Source: Acidimicrobiia bacterium (lineage in GTDB: Bacteria > Actinomycetota > Acidimicrobiia > Spongiisociales > ZC4RG35). From it: DNA of 64,000 bases. Below the pieces are notes generated by a model, which was not told the DNA's origin, did not search any database, and was given only the letters and a program-made list of their open reading frames with translations. Shown in pieces: positions 10,199 through 23,059 of this stretch. A program made the translations under genes and the position numbers. The stretch is taken from contig OZ244034.1 in assembly GCA_965215185.1 (NCBI GenBank), forward strand, positions 96,001 through 160,000. Reading direction: 5' to 3'. How positions within the stretch are numbered: the first letter of the stretch is position 1; every line of letters starts with the position of its first letter.

Positions 10199-11716
10199 GT
10201 GTTTGAACCGGTAGCCTCTGCAACTGTGGCGATTCTGGCGGTTTCTGGACCTTCTCAAAAGTGTGTTGAGGCCGGGGCCGGTATGGCGCGGGCGGGTGGT
10301 AACGCGGTTGATGCCGCGCTCTCTGCGATGATGGTGGCTCTGGTGACTGAGGTGGCCGTGATAGGTCCGGGTGCAGGCGGGTTTGTGACGGTGGGGGGCC
10401 CCAGCCAACGCCCGATTGTGTATGACGGGGCGATGGCCATGCCCGGTTTGGGATTGGATGCCGACCGGTTGGGGGGCGGCGGCGTGCCGGTGCACATCGG
10501 TTATGGAGGAGGGGTGGACACGATAGTCGGTCCGGGCAGTGTGGCGGTGCCCGGGGGATGGGCGGCGATGGACGCCGTGTGGCGCGATCACGGCACCGCA
10601 CCCTGGCGAGAAATAGTGGCGCCGACTCTCGACTACGCTCGCCGGGGCTTTCCCCTGGGGTCGGTCGCTGACTACTACCTGCAGTACTCTTTTGATCCGA
10701 TCTTCTCGCTTGATCCCATATCCCGGGCGGCGCTTCACAATGGGAATCGTCGACGCACCACCGGCGAGTTGATGTGGTTGCCAGGCTTGGCGGACGCATT
10801 GTCGGCCATATCTTCCGACGGGGCCCAAGTCATGTATCAAGGCGAATTGGGAGAAGCCATCTCTTCGGACATACTCGATCGGGGAGGGATCATCACTCGC
10901 CGGGACCTGGCTGAGTACCGGGTGAAGAAACGATCCCCGATCATCCTTCAGTTGGGTGAATGGACGGTGGTTCTAAATCCGCCGCCGGCGGTGGGAGGGG
11001 TAGCACTGGCCGGTATGTTGACCAAAGTCGGATACCACCCGCCTCTGTGCTCCCGACGCCTGGTCGAGGCGCAGTTAGAGGTGCTGAATTCCCGCCGTTT
11101 GAATGTGAGCGGGGTTGAGGATTGGCGGGAAGGCATTGGAATCATGTCGGCTGATATCTTGGCCGGGTTGGGCTCTCCCTCCACGGTGAACATCTCGGCG
11201 GTTGATGCCTCCGGTCTGGCCTGCGCCGTCACCTTGTCATGTGGATATGGTTCGGGAGTGGTGGCGGGGGGAAGCGGGATGTGGATGAATAATTCGCTGG
11301 GGGAGATAGAACTGACCGGTGGAAGGTTTCACGGGCAGCCTGCCGGGCAGCGTCTGATGTCGAACATGGCTCCAACGGTGATGTGGAAGGACACCGGAGA
11401 GGTAGTGGCAGCTGGATCGCCCGGGGCGGACCGGATCACCACCGCTCTCCAGTCGACCCTTCTGTCGGTGATCGTGGAGGGATCCTCCTTGGCGGAGGCG
11501 GTCGAGCGTTATCGAGGTCATGTCGAACACACCGCGCAGGGGTGGAGTCTTTGCCATGAGGAAGGTTTTCCTGTGGAGGGACTGCACATGCCCCGGCGCT
11601 CCTTTGCGGGTCGCCACATGTTCTTTGGCGGGGTCAGCGCCGCCGCCCTCAACCGCGAGGGTTCCATGGAGGCGGTGGCGGACTCCCGGCGGGTGGGGAA
11701 GGGGGCCGTGGTTTGA
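10199..11716 (+). CDS. ggt: Gamma-glutamyltransferase family (Ntn hydrolase)
   Basis: GGNAVDAA, VAVPG, PSTVNISAVD (Thr nucleophile), GMWMNNSLG, GSPGADRI, ADSRR. Confidence 0.85.
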   Translation: MFEPVASATVAILAVSGPSQKCVEAGAGMARAGGNAVDAALSAMMVALVTEVAVIGPGAGGFVTVGGPSQRPIVYDGAMAMPGLGLDADRLGGGGVPVHIGYGGGVDTIVGPGSVAVPGGWAAMDAVWRDHGTAPWREIVAPTLDYARRGFPLGSVADYYLQYSFDPIFSLDPISRAALHNGNRRRTTGELMWLPGLADALSAISSDGAQVMYQGELGEAISSDILDRGGIITRRDLAEYRVKKRSPIILQLGEWTVVLNPPPAVGGVALAGMLTKVGYHPPLCSRRLVEAQLEVLNSRRLNVSGVEDWREGIGIMSADILAGLGSPSTVNISAVDASGLACAVTLSCGYGSGVVAGGSGMWMNNSLGEIELTGGRFHGQPAGQRLMSNMAPTVMWKDTGEVVAAGSPGADRITTALQSTLLSVIVEGSSLAEAVERYRGHVEHTAQGWSLCHEEGFPVEGLHMPRRSFAGRHMFFGGVSAAALNREGSMEAVADSRRVGKGAVV

Positions 11717-12468
11717 AGCGGGCTAACTATTCATTTCTGGCCAGATGGCAATGGTCGGTTGCGCACTTGGCGGTGCTGATGTTGGTATTGCTGCTGATCA
11801 GCCTGGGCTTTTGGCAACTGCGACGTCTGGAGGAGAGACAACTCTCCAACCAGGTGGGTCTGACTCGTAATACCGCCGCGCCCGTGGATTTGGAGTCGAC
11901 GGTGGCGGGCGCCGGGTCGGAGGTGGATTCTCTCGAATACCGCAGGGCCGCAACCCGGGGAGAATGGGACCCCGCCTATGAGATATATGTTCGTTCCCAA
12001 GTTCGGGATGGCCGCTCCGGGCTGTGGGTGGTCACTCCTTTGGTGTTATCCGATGGTCGGGCGGTTATGGTGAATCGGGGCTGGATTCCAGTCGGGTTGG
12101 ATCGCAGAGAAGCCTCTCCTCCTTCAGGGGAGGTGGAGGTGATCGGGGTGATCAAAGCCTCACGGTCCCGGTCCGCCTTGGGCCCCGAGGACCGGCCCGG
12201 CATAGAGGACACCGTCGCCCGGGTGGATTTGGTCATCCTCGATGATTATGTGCCGTATTCCTTGCTGGAGGTTTACCTAGAGGAATCCTCGATTAATCCT
12301 GATCCGTGGCCGCTGAGGCTCGACGAGCCGATCTTTGATGACGAAGGATCACATCTGATTTACGCTGTACAGTGGTTCTCCTTCGCCTTGGTCGCGCTGG
12401 TGGGCTACAGCGCTTTGATCAGGGCCAAAGCCCACCGTCGCCACCAGCCCGCCGCGGCAGCGGAATAG
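11713..12468 (+). CDS. SURF1/Shy1 family membrane protein
   Basis: LGFWQLRR, VVTPL, VNRGWIP, HLIYAVQWFSFA. Confidence 0.92.
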   Translation: MKRANYSFLARWQWSVAHLAVLMLVLLLISLGFWQLRRLEERQLSNQVGLTRNTAAPVDLESTVAGAGSEVDSLEYRRAATRGEWDPAYEIYVRSQVRDGRSGLWVVTPLVLSDGRAVMVNRGWIPVGLDRREASPPSGEVEVIGVIKASRSRSALGPEDRPGIEDTVARVDLVILDDYVPYSLLEVYLEESSINPDPWPLRLDEPIFDDEGSHLIYAVQWFSFALVALVGYSALIRAKAHRRHQPAAAAE

Positions 12469-12497
12469 GGGTTTGCCTCATCAGGGGGATCTCGATA

Positions 12498-13397
12498 TCA
12501 CGGTGCCCTACACCCATCGGCCTCTGATGCAGGTTCGTCGGCGACTATTCGGGCACACAGCCAGGTGCGTTCGATGCTCTTGAGGGTGAACCCTTCACCA
12601 CTTTCGTGAACATGGGCGAACACATGAAGACGAAAACCGATGAATGCGTCTCCGGATGGATTGGTGACATCCATTGTGATCTCGCCGAGATCACCAACCA
12701 CCGGGGCACCTGCGATGGCGATCCTCGACAACGGATCATCGGCCGCCACCGCCTCGGCGACAATCTGACCGAGATCGATCATGGTCTCGGTAGTCGGGGT
12801 CTGGCCCATCGACGTGATTATTTGCCACGTGACGTCGTCGGTGGAACCCAGATATGCCAGATGGAGGCTGTTCACCCATCCGGTCGCTTCGCCCACTGAC
12901 ACTTCATACCACAGGTTGGCTTCCAGGACGCGGATGTTCCCGGTGGCCACGATCTCCTGGGCCAGGGAGTCAAGGGTGGCGACGACTTCTTCCCCGGCCG
13001 GCTGCCCATAGACACTCACATGTTCGGCGTGGTTTATGCCCACTGTGGCAAGCGCCGTACCTTCCGCCGGCCCTCCGCCTAACGGCAATATCGCCACGCT
13101 CTCTTCGTTGGGTCCCGACGGCTCGGCGCTCTGTTCCTCCGGGCCGGAGATACTGGAGAGGAGGGGAGCGGTGGTGGATGTCGTGGTGGGTGTGAAGTGG
13201 GTTGTCGAGATAGAGGTGGTGGAAGGCGCCGATGCCCTGCCGGAAACGGATGTGACTACCGGCGCGGATTGCCTTCCGGTCGTTACGGTCACCGAACTCT
13301 CAGGGAGGGAACCGTCGGAGGGTTGCGGGGGGCTTTCTCCGCAGGCAGACAGCAGGATCAACGCCAAGGCCGTCGAGGTGAGAACTCGGGCGATCAC
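12498..13397 (-). CDS. Lipoprotein with Ser/Thr-rich linker and SH3b-like domain
   Basis: Lipobox LLSAC, S/T/P-rich linker, WYEV...GWVNSLHL. Confidence 0.65.
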   Translation of the reverse strand: MIARVLTSTALALILLSACGESPPQPSDGSLPESSVTVTTGRQSAPVVTSVSGRASAPSTTSISTTHFTPTTTSTTAPLLSSISGPEEQSAEPSGPNEESVAILPLGGGPAEGTALATVGINHAEHVSVYGQPAGEEVVATLDSLAQEIVATGNIRVLEANLWYEVSVGEATGWVNSLHLAYLGSTDDVTWQIITSMGQTPTTETMIDLGQIVAEAVAADDPLSRIAIAGAPVVGDLGEITMDVTNPSGDAFIGFRLHVFAHVHESGEGFTLKSIERTWLCARIVADEPASEADGCRAP

Positions 13398-13449
13398 TGG
13401 GGAAACTACCTGTCCCTGGTTGTGGCTGGTCCTTTCCGCAAAAGCTGCA

Positions 13450-15329
<1,880 letters not shown>

Positions 15330-15358
15330 TCAGGCGGGGTCAGTCACACCAAATTGAG

Positions 15359-15466
15359 CTAAGCCTGACAAACTGCCCGAGGGCCGGTAGTCATTCGCAT
15401 TCGATGACGACCGCACCAGACCCTCCAGCGAGGAGATGGCCTGCGACTGTCGGACAGATATATCAT
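15359..15466 (-). other. Candidate 35-aa leader peptide (uORF) in the metY 5' leader
   Basis: MIYLSDSRRPSPRWRVWCGRHRMRMTTGPRAVCQA*, starting 13 nt after a TATAAT box; 3 Met and 2 Cys codons. Confidence 0.35.
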
Positions 15467-15479
15467 GATGGCCCGGCGC

Positions 15480-15509
15480 ATTATAAATAAGGGAGGCGTC
15501 TGCCTGCAA
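15480..15509 (-). promoter_or_regulatory. SigA/sigma70-type promoter for the metY-ybaK unit
   Basis: TTGCAG(15509-15504)-N18-TATAAT(15485-15480) on the minus strand. Confidence 0.55.
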
Positions 15510-15634
15510 TCTCTGCTGGTACGCACGGCCCAGTGGAAGGTGTCGCCATCCCCGGCATCCCCCCTTTGAGCCACCCCCCCACAGTCAGGGTGTCTACGGT
15601 GTGAATCTCAGTCGGGGGATTTCTTCGGTAATCC

Positions 15635-17641
15635 TCATTGGTTTAAGGCTTGCTTCAGATCTGTCAAGGTATCCAGTGGGGCGTCACAGGTGAAACCGCG
15701 GCAGACGTAAGCCAGGGTCCTTCCCTGAATACCGCGGCCTCTGAGGAGGGGGACGGTTTCTTCCTTCGGTGACTGTGCGGGGCCTGGTCCCCGGGTGTGA
15801 GCCAGTACCAGCCCCGGTCGGTAACCAGCCTGCACCTCCTGCGCCCAGCGGGCCGCCTCGGGGCCCACCAACGCCACTTCCACGGGTCCGTTTCCCAGAC
15901 CTTGTGCCATGGACAGGAGGCGCCCCACCGCCGATGGCGCCTTCTCCATCAAGAGAGCGCCATCCTCAACCGCCTCTTGCGCCAGTGACCACCATTGTGC
16001 TTCCCCCGTGTACTGACCGAGAGTCAAGAGGGCCTGGGCTGCCAGGGAATTTCCGGACGGGGAGGGATTGTCCATCAGATCCTTGGGACGGGATATAAGC
16101 CTGTCGGCATCCACGCCAGTGGCGAAGAATCCCCCGGATGGATCCCTGAACAGGCGAGGTATCTCCTCGGTGAATCGGGCGGCTTCCTCGTACCACTGGC
16201 TCTCGCCGGTGGCCTGGTAGAGGGAGAACAGGCCCGTAGCCATTGCTGCGTAGTCCTCAAGGAAGCCCGGACCCCCTCTCCGGCCCCTGGCCCACACCCG
16301 GGACAGGCGCCCCGAATCAGGAGCTCGCATCTCATCGAGAACGAACCGGGCGGCCGAGCGGGCTTCGGCGAGGTAGTCGTCGCGGCCCAAGAGGGCCCCG
16401 GCCTCGGCGAAAGCCTGAATGGCCAGACCGTTCCAGGCGGCCACGATCTTGAAATCCAGTCCCGGCCGCACTCTTTGGGAGCGGTGATCCAACATACTTT
16501 GGCTGGCGCGTTTGATGGCCGGGGGGGTGGACGCCAGGGCGCTCTTACGGGTCAGGATGTTGGCCCCCTCGAAGTTTCCCCCCTCGCTAGCACCGAACCA
16601 GTCGGCCACCTCCGGGCCAACGGTCGGTCCCGCCACCTCCAGTATTTCCCGCAGTGACCAGACATAGAAGAGACCCTCGACGCCTTCGGAGTCGGCATCT
16701 TCGGCGGAGTAGAAGCCTCCCCCGGGATTTCGCATGTCTCTTACCAGATAGTCGAGAGTCTGGATGGCGATTTCTGTGAAGGCCTGCTCTCGCAGTACCT
16801 TGCCCGCCCACAAATAGATCCTGGCCAGAGGGGCGTTGTCATACAGCATTTTTTCGAAGTGGGGCACCAGCCATTTCTCGTCCACCGAATAGCGGGCAAA
16901 TCCTCCCCCCAACTGATCGAAGATGCCGCCGGCTGCCATTCGCTCCAGGGTCAGACCCAGCATCGAACCCGACGTCTGAGCCCAAGGTTCCCCGGAGAGG
17001 GCCAGTAGGAATTCCAAGAGGGGCTGCTGGGGAAATTTCGGAGCTCTGCCAAACCCGCCGTGCACCGGGTCGAAGGAGGACCGGATACGTTGATACGCCT
17101 GCTCCAGTTGCTCGGTTTCGGGGAGTCCTTCCCCCGATGGAATCCTTCGCCCGATCAGAGAAGAGAGTTTGGAGGCATGTTCCGCCACCTCGTCTCCTCT
17201 TTCCCTCCAAGCCTGAGAGATGGACTCCAAGACCTGGGTGAAAGAGGGCATTCCCCCTCTCGGGCGAGGTGGGTAATAAGTGCCTGCATAAAAGGGCTGG
17301 CCGTCGGGGTTCATAAACACGGTGAGGGGCCACCCCCCTCGGCCGGTGAGCATCTGGCAGGCTTCCATGTAGATGGCGTCGACGTCGGGTCGTTCTTCCC
17401 GGTCCACCTTGATATTCACAAACAGGCGGTTCATGATGTCGGCGATCGCCGGGTCCTCAAAAGACTCGTGCGCCATGACATGACACCAGTGACAGGCCGA
17501 ATAGCCCACCGACAGCAAAACGGGGAGGTTGTTGGATTTGGCTTGCGCAAAGGCTTCCTGTTCCCACTCCCACCAGTGGACCGGGTTGTCGGCGTGTTGC
17601 AATAGGTAGGGTGAGGTTGAAGAGGAGAGTCGATTAACCAT
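15635..17641 (-). CDS. Thioredoxin-domain protein YyaL/SSP411 (DUF255)
   Basis: True start [21 protein letters not shown] (ATG 17641); [44 protein letters not shown]. Confidence 0.92.
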   Translation of the reverse strand: MVNRLSSSTSPYLLQHADNPVHWWEWEQEAFAQAKSNNLPVLLSVGYSACHWCHVMAHESFEDPAIADIMNRLFVNIKVDREERPDVDAIYMEACQMLTGRGGWPLTVFMNPDGQPFYAGTYYPPRPRGGMPSFTQVLESISQAWRERGDEVAEHASKLSSLIGRRIPSGEGLPETEQLEQAYQRIRSSFDPVHGGFGRAPKFPQQPLLEFLLALSGEPWAQTSGSMLGLTLERMAAGGIFDQLGGGFARYSVDEKWLVPHFEKMLYDNAPLARIYLWAGKVLREQAFTEIAIQTLDYLVRDMRNPGGGFYSAEDADSEGVEGLFYVWSLREILEVAGPTVGPEVADWFGASEGGNFEGANILTRKSALASTPPAIKRASQSMLDHRSQRVRPGLDFKIVAAWNGLAIQAFAEAGALLGRDDYLAEARSAARFVLDEMRAPDSGRLSRVWARGRRGGPGFLEDYAAMATGLFSLYQATGESQWYEEAARFTEEIPRLFRDPSGGFFATGVDADRLISRPKDLMDNPSPSGNSLAAQALLTLGQYTGEAQWWSLAQEAVEDGALLMEKAPSAVGRLLSMAQGLGNGPVEVALVGPEAARWAQEVQAGYRPGLVLAHTRGPGPAQSPKEETVPLLRGRGIQGRTLAYVCRGFTCDAPLDTLTDLKQALNQ

Positions 17642-17759
17642 TTGTCCCCTTAGAGGATAAGGAGCGGCGATACCGGTGCGATCGGGATAAGTTCGCAGTT
17701 GCTTATCTGCGCCGTAATATCTGTCTAGTGAGGATGCCATCAATCGGCTAGCCCTTTTT

Positions 17760-19706
17760 TTGGGATTTTTCAAGGGTTTTTTGGGAAAACATCTGCGGGT
17801 GGCGCCCGTTTTTGTCTTGGTCGCCGTACTTGCGTGGGGGGTGAGCTTTCCCGCCAGCGGGGGAAGCGGATTTGGCATAGCAGGACCGGCGCCCGCCTTG
17901 GCGCAGGAGGCCCCCAACCCTCGGGGGGACGATCCTTTGAAAATCGTTCCCTTTGCCAACACTTCCCACCGGGTGTATTCACTGTCTGAGGATCTGTGGG
18001 AGGTGTGGGTGTGCAGGGTGCCCGGCTGGGATACCCAGGTTGATCTCGGGGAGGTTGTGGGTTTTCTCAACACCTCTGTCGGCCCCTATTTCCGGGAATT
18101 GTCCGATGGGAGATACCGGCCCATTTTCAGGGAGGGAGGACGAGTGGAAAGCTCCGACGAGGTGGCGAGCGGTCCTGGTTTGGAGGAGGGAGTTTTCGCT
18201 CCCGGCTGTGCCGAGGCTGTCCGTCGGGAGGCTACTGCGCGGGAGAGTGAGAGGTTTCCCGAGGAAACCGGGCCGGCCGGCGCTCTGATTGTGGTGGAGT
18301 TCGAGGGATACCGGACCGGCTACGGGACCTTTGGGAACTTGTGCCCCGAGGTCTATCAGCCAGGATGTGAGCCTTCCTATCCGTCCAACCGGCGGCTGGT
18401 GGTCGTGGGCGCGGGAGCGGTGGTTGCGCAGCCGCCCCTCACTAATCCTTTCTGGTCGTTGGTGGTGCATGAGATGGGTCATGCCTTGGCCTGGCCACAT
18501 TCCTACAGTGGCAAATTCTCCACCACCCGGCCGGGAGCCCTGGGGTTTTACGACAATCCCATGGACATCATGAGCAATATCCCCCTTACCGCTCCCCAGG
18601 GAACTACTGTTTACAACCGCTATGTATCCGGGTGGGTGGCCCCCGATTCGGTGGAGATCTACTGGGGCGGCAAGGACGTTTACCGCCTTCATCGGGAAGG
18701 GGCGGCTCCCGGGCTGGCGCAGATGGTGGTGATACCGGAGCGAGTGATCGAAGGGCAGCCCGCCGAAGGAGTCAACCCGGCGGGGGAAGGTCTTTTCTAT
18801 GTATTGGGAGTAAGGAGATTGTCGGGTCTGGATTCAGGCGTGCCCAAGGTGGGAGTGGAGGTCTACAAGATAGACCAGCGCCGGGAGGTCTGTGGGTCGG
18901 TCCGCAGATCATGGCCTGATCACTGGCCTTGTTTCGCGGTCTGGACCAGAGTTGCCCAAGCGGTGCTACCTGATTTCTTCGGAGGGGTGGACCATGTGAT
19001 CTCCATTGATGAGCAGATAAAGTTGGGCAATACCCGGATAAGAGTGTTGAGCGCCGATTCGGTCTCGTTTGAGGTGAGCATCGAAACGCGGCTCTCCGGT
19101 CGCTTTCTTGACGATGACGGGCTGGTTCATGAGCCCGACATTGAGACCATCGCCTCTCTGGGAATAACTCTTGGATGTGAGGATCGTATGTTCTGTCCCG
19201 ACCGGGCGGTCACCAGAGCGGAGATGAGCGCCTTCTTGGTGAGGGCGCTTCGGGACTCACTGCCCATCGCTCAGGGGGGTCTGGGTGCCGAGCCACCCTG
19301 GGACGGACTCACTGGGTCTGGGGATCCGGTGTTTTTGGATGTATCTTCTCAGGACTGGTTCGCGGCCTATGTGGAACAGTTGGCTGCGGGAGGAATAACC
19401 CTGGGGTATGGGGACGGCACCTACCGACCCAACCGACCGGTAAGCCGAGGGGAGATGGCGGTCTTCTTGACTAAAGCCTTCAACATTCCTGTTGCGGACC
19501 CGATCGGGATATTCGATGACGTAGCGCCCGACGTTTTTTACGCAGGTGCGGCGGAGGCTCTGTACCGAGCCGGCGTCACTGTTGGCTGTGAAGTGTCGTT
19601 AAGTGATGATCAAGCGCCGGCACTTCTCTCCTACTGTCCCGACGAGGAAGTCTCCCGCGCTCAGATGGCGTCGTTTCTGGCTAGCCCCTTGCGAGATGCT
19701 CGGTGA
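17760..19706 (+). CDS. Secreted metzincin-like metallopeptidase with three C-terminal S-layer homology domains
   Basis: Signal peptide, [15 protein letters not shown] Met-turn; SLH signatures [27 protein letters not shown]; start uncertain. Confidence 0.78.
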   Translation: MGFFKGFLGKHLRVAPVFVLVAVLAWGVSFPASGGSGFGIAGPAPALAQEAPNPRGDDPLKIVPFANTSHRVYSLSEDLWEVWVCRVPGWDTQVDLGEVVGFLNTSVGPYFRELSDGRYRPIFREGGRVESSDEVASGPGLEEGVFAPGCAEAVRREATARESERFPEETGPAGALIVVEFEGYRTGYGTFGNLCPEVYQPGCEPSYPSNRRLVVVGAGAVVAQPPLTNPFWSLVVHEMGHALAWPHSYSGKFSTTRPGALGFYDNPMDIMSNIPLTAPQGTTVYNRYVSGWVAPDSVEIYWGGKDVYRLHREGAAPGLAQMVVIPERVIEGQPAEGVNPAGEGLFYVLGVRRLSGLDSGVPKVGVEVYKIDQRREVCGSVRRSWPDHWPCFAVWTRVAQAVLPDFFGGVDHVISIDEQIKLGNTRIRVLSADSVSFEVSIETRLSGRFLDDDGLVHEPDIETIASLGITLGCEDRMFCPDRAVTRAEMSAFLVRALRDSLPIAQGGLGAEPPWDGLTGSGDPVFLDVSSQDWFAAYVEQLAAGGITLGYGDGTYRPNRPVSRGEMAVFLTKAFNIPVADPIGIFDDVAPDVFYAGAAEALYRAGVTVGCEVSLSDDQAPALLSYCPDEEVSRAQMASFLASPLRDAR

Positions 19707-19819
19707 ACCTTCATACTGCCCCCAATCACGAGTTGGCCTGAGGCGAAATCGGTTCGACTCGCCGGGCTATTTATCATGGCCGACATCACTTTGGACAATC
19801 ATCGATAAAGGGGAGAAAT

Positions 19820-20779
19820 ATGGGACCACGCGAGAGATTCTTGGTAACCGGCTCGGCAGGTTGCATCGGGTCGTGGGCAATGTGTCTGTTGTCGCGGGAG
19901 GGAACAGAGGTGATGGGCCTTGATCTTTCCACCAACCACCGTCGGCTGCGACTGCTCACCGATGAGCAGGGGTCCATGAGCTTTTTGCAGGGCGATATAA
20001 CCGACACCGAATTTGTCCAGGCAGTGGTGGCCAGCGAGGGAATAACTCACATAGTGCATCTCGCCGCTCTGCAGATTCCGTTTTGCAAAGCCGATCCGAT
20101 CGGCGGGGCCCGGGTGAACGTGGTGGGAACTGCGAACGTACTGGAAGCGGTCCGGCGGTCGGCAGTAGCAGGACTGGCCTACGCCAGTTCGGTGGCGGTG
20201 TATGGACCTCCTGAACTCTATCCGGATGGGGTGAGGGACGACTCACCCTTGGCCCCCACCACTCTTTATGGGGTTTACAAGCAGGCCAACGAACGGTCGG
20301 CAAATGTATACGCAGCCGACTACGGTGTGTCATCGGTGTGCCTGCGTCCTTGTACGGTGTACGGCCTGGGCCGCGACCAAGGCGTGACCTCGGCGCCCAC
20401 CCAAGCGATGGTGGCGGCCGCGTCCGGTACGCCCTATCACATTCCCTTTGGCGGCGCCACGCAGTTTCAACACGCCGGTGACGTAGCTCGCCTTTTCATA
20501 GCTGCTGCCCGAGCCGAGGTGGAGGGCGCTCATGTATACAACATGGGTGGCCCCTCAGTCTCCATGGCGAAAGTGGTTTCGCTCATATCCACCCAGATTC
20601 CCAGATGTGAGATCACCTTTGACGATCAGCCGCTTCCCCTGCCCGATTACTACGACGGATCGGGTCTGGATCGCTTGTTGGGAGGGGTCGAGTACCTCTC
20701 CATGGAGGAGGGCGTCAGCAATTCGATCAGCCAGTTCCGGGAACTCCTGGCCCAAGGTTTGGTCAAGCCTCCCGCATAA
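19820..20779 (+). CDS. NAD-dependent epimerase/dehydratase (extended SDR)
   Basis: TGSAGCIG, HLAA, ASSVAVYG, YGVYK. Confidence 0.9.
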   Translation: MGPRERFLVTGSAGCIGSWAMCLLSREGTEVMGLDLSTNHRRLRLLTDEQGSMSFLQGDITDTEFVQAVVASEGITHIVHLAALQIPFCKADPIGGARVNVVGTANVLEAVRRSAVAGLAYASSVAVYGPPELYPDGVRDDSPLAPTTLYGVYKQANERSANVYAADYGVSSVCLRPCTVYGLGRDQGVTSAPTQAMVAAASGTPYHIPFGGATQFQHAGDVARLFIAAARAEVEGAHVYNMGGPSVSMAKVVSLISTQIPRCEITFDDQPLPLPDYYDGSGLDRLLGGVEYLSMEEGVSNSISQFRELLAQGLVKPPA

Positions 20780-20783
20780 AGAG

Positions 20784-20813
20784 TTGGCGAGCGCCCCGGA
20801 GGACGCTCGCCAA
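20784..20813. terminator. Hairpin between convergent genes
   Basis: TTGGCGAGCG-N10-CGCTCGCCAA, perfect 10-bp stem. Confidence 0.65.
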
Positions 20814-20835
20814 TCTAGCGGTTGAGTTCTTTGCT

Positions 20836-22779
20836 TTAGCAGCTGTAGTTCATGAACTCGTAGTTGTGGACGTAGTACGCTACCGAGCCCGGCAGGCTGT
20901 CCCATTCCAGACACGGATCCTTGGCGTACAGCAGATCCGCGAAAGCGATGGGAAGACCGAGGCGGTTGTCGACTGCATAGTCAAACAGCGCCCGGGCGGT
21001 TGTTTCCTTTTCTTCATCGCTTCCACCTTCGCCGGTCAGAGCTTCGTTGATTAACCGGTCCAGTTCCTCTGACTCTCCCGAGTAGGAGAGGCGGTCGGTG
21101 GTCCGGCTGTAGAAACTCCACAACTGTGTACCTGAGTTATACACGGGCGGTGGATAGCAGAAGGCGAAGTTGGCTTCCCGTCTGCTGGTCTGCCCTTCCA
21201 GCACTCCGTACTCGGTGAACTGGTTGTTCACTGTGATACCCAGGTTGGTCCACTGCTGGGCGACGGCTTCTGCCACCTTGCCGCACCAGGGCCGCCCGGG
21301 ATGCTGAGCGGAGTCGATGGTGATTTCCAGGTCGGCGGGGCTGGCGTAACCAGCTTCGGCCAACAGCGCCACCGCCCGGTCGGGTTCAAACGGATCGGGC
21401 TGGCAGTCGGGGTCGAAACCGGGGAAGTGGGGCCACCAGGAGTGCACGCAGGCGCCTTCGGTGGTTCCTCGGCCCGCCAGCACGAAGTCAACGATGTCTT
21501 GGCGGTTAATGGCCAATGACAGGGCCTCGCGGACCAACTTGGCATTGCCGGGATTAGTGTGATCGCTCCACGGTGGCGGGTTCTCCAACGCCGGACCCGT
21601 GGGGTTCACGTAGTTACCGGTCAAATAGATGGTGGGCATGCTCTGGTTGGGAAGAGATTGGATCCCCAGTTTTGCCGCTTGCGCGGTGGTAATCTGCTCG
21701 GCGCTGAGCGTCATCAGATCGGCGTCGCCCACCGCCAGCATGGCCAACCGGGTGCTGAACTCGGGTACGGCCTTCCTGACCACCTCTCTAATGGAAGGTG
21801 GCCGGGCGTAGTGGTCGTCAAATGCTTCAAACACGACCTCCACCCCCGGAGTGTGGCTCTTGAACTGGTAGGGGCCGGCTCCGATCGGCCACAGGGAGGC
21901 TGCATCTTCTCCCACTTCCTCTATGTATTTGCGGGAAGTAATCGGGAAGCTCAAGGACATTTCGCTCAGGGCGGGCACCAACTCTGGCACCGGTTTGCCA
22001 TCAACGGACACCAGTTTGAAGTTGTAGTCGTCGATGACTTCCACCGCAACCCTGATCAAAACCCCGCTGGACGGGTTGTTGGTGCCTTCCCGGATGGCGA
22101 GTTCATGACTGAAGAGGATGTCGTCGGTGGTAAGTTCTCCCCAGCCCTGGTGGAATTGGACACCCTGGTGGATCTCGAAAACGAACTCGGTGAAGTCGTC
22201 GCTCCTCGACCAGGATTTGGCAAGCCGGCCCTCTCCCTCCACTATCTCTCCGCTGTCGAAGTCGTGGTAGATAAGCGGCTCGTAGAGAGGCTGCACGTTC
22301 AGAATTGCGCCCAGGCTGCAGTTGGGGCAAAGCCAGTCTTCGCCGCGCAACGCTGGCAGCAGCACCACCATCCGGTCCTGAACCATTTCAGGCGCGGCCG
22401 CCACAACCTCTGCTTGGGCGTCCGCCAGAGCGGATTCGGCTTCGGCGGCTGCGGCCTCGGCTTCCGCCAACGCGGCCTCGGTTTCCGCCAAAGCAGCCTG
22501 AGCCGCCTCGTCACCCTCAGCGGCCGCCTGCATGGTGGCTTGCAACTCCGTTTGGGCTGCGGTCAAAGCTTCCTGCGCGGCATCTGCTTCGGCTTCGGCT
22601 TGGCCTGCTGCCGCGGCGGCGGCATCTGCTTCGGCTTGGGCTTGGGCTGCCGCTGCTTCTGCGGCTGCCGCGGCGGCTGAATCTTCAGCCGAGGTATCGT
22701 CGCCTCCGCAAGCGGCGGCCACCATCGCCAGCACGAGAGCCACGGCCCATATGCGCCGTTTGAACACGGAGATAAACAT
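20836..22779 (-). CDS. ABC solute-binding lipoprotein, family 5, with Ala/Glu-rich N-terminal stalk
   Basis: Lipobox AAAC, ~105-aa A/E/Q tract, then LAKSW, GVQFHQGWGELTTDD, PIGAGPY, VREALSLAINR. Confidence 0.88.
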   Translation of the reverse strand: MFISVFKRRIWAVALVLAMVAAACGGDDTSAEDSAAAAAAEAAAAQAQAEADAAAAAAGQAEAEADAAQEALTAAQTELQATMQAAAEGDEAAQAALAETEAALAEAEAAAAEAESALADAQAEVVAAAPEMVQDRMVVLLPALRGEDWLCPNCSLGAILNVQPLYEPLIYHDFDSGEIVEGEGRLAKSWSRSDDFTEFVFEIHQGVQFHQGWGELTTDDILFSHELAIREGTNNPSSGVLIRVAVEVIDDYNFKLVSVDGKPVPELVPALSEMSLSFPITSRKYIEEVGEDAASLWPIGAGPYQFKSHTPGVEVVFEAFDDHYARPPSIREVVRKAVPEFSTRLAMLAVGDADLMTLSAEQITTAQAAKLGIQSLPNQSMPTIYLTGNYVNPTGPALENPPPWSDHTNPGNAKLVREALSLAINRQDIVDFVLAGRGTTEGACVHSWWPHFPGFDPDCQPDPFEPDRAVALLAEAGYASPADLEITIDSAQHPGRPWCGKVAEAVAQQWTNLGITVNNQFTEYGVLEGQTSRREANFAFCYPPPVYNSGTQLWSFYSRTTDRLSYSGESEELDRLINEALTGEGGSDEEKETTARALFDYAVDNRLGLPIAFADLLYAKDPCLEWDSLPGSVAYYVHNYEFMNYSC

Positions 22780-23059
22780 CGAACACTTTCTCCTTTTAGT
22801 AACCGGGTGGGTTTCTTCTTCTGTACGTGACAGAATGTCCTCTCATCCTAGTTGGTCGGTTTTTTGGGGGGGGATTGTCTGGCACACAGATTGACTCCTG
22901 TCAACTCGGCGTCCTCTGCGGTCTTGCTCGCCCAGTCGCCGGTACAAATGAAGAAACCCGGCAGGGTGCGGGAGGGTTCAAGTGGAAAGGGCCAGGCGAA
23001 TGCCGCCCGGCGACTTTGTTGTCAGCCTGTTTGGCGTTCCCACCACTAGTTTGTCTTAG

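Noticed and set aside
15545-15585. C-runs resembling actinobacterial 6C RNA
   Set aside because: The C-runs are not enclosed in two convincing stems
22880-22896. Sigma54-like TGGCAC-N5-TTGA
   Set aside because: The invariant -12 GC is missing and no activator is in the window
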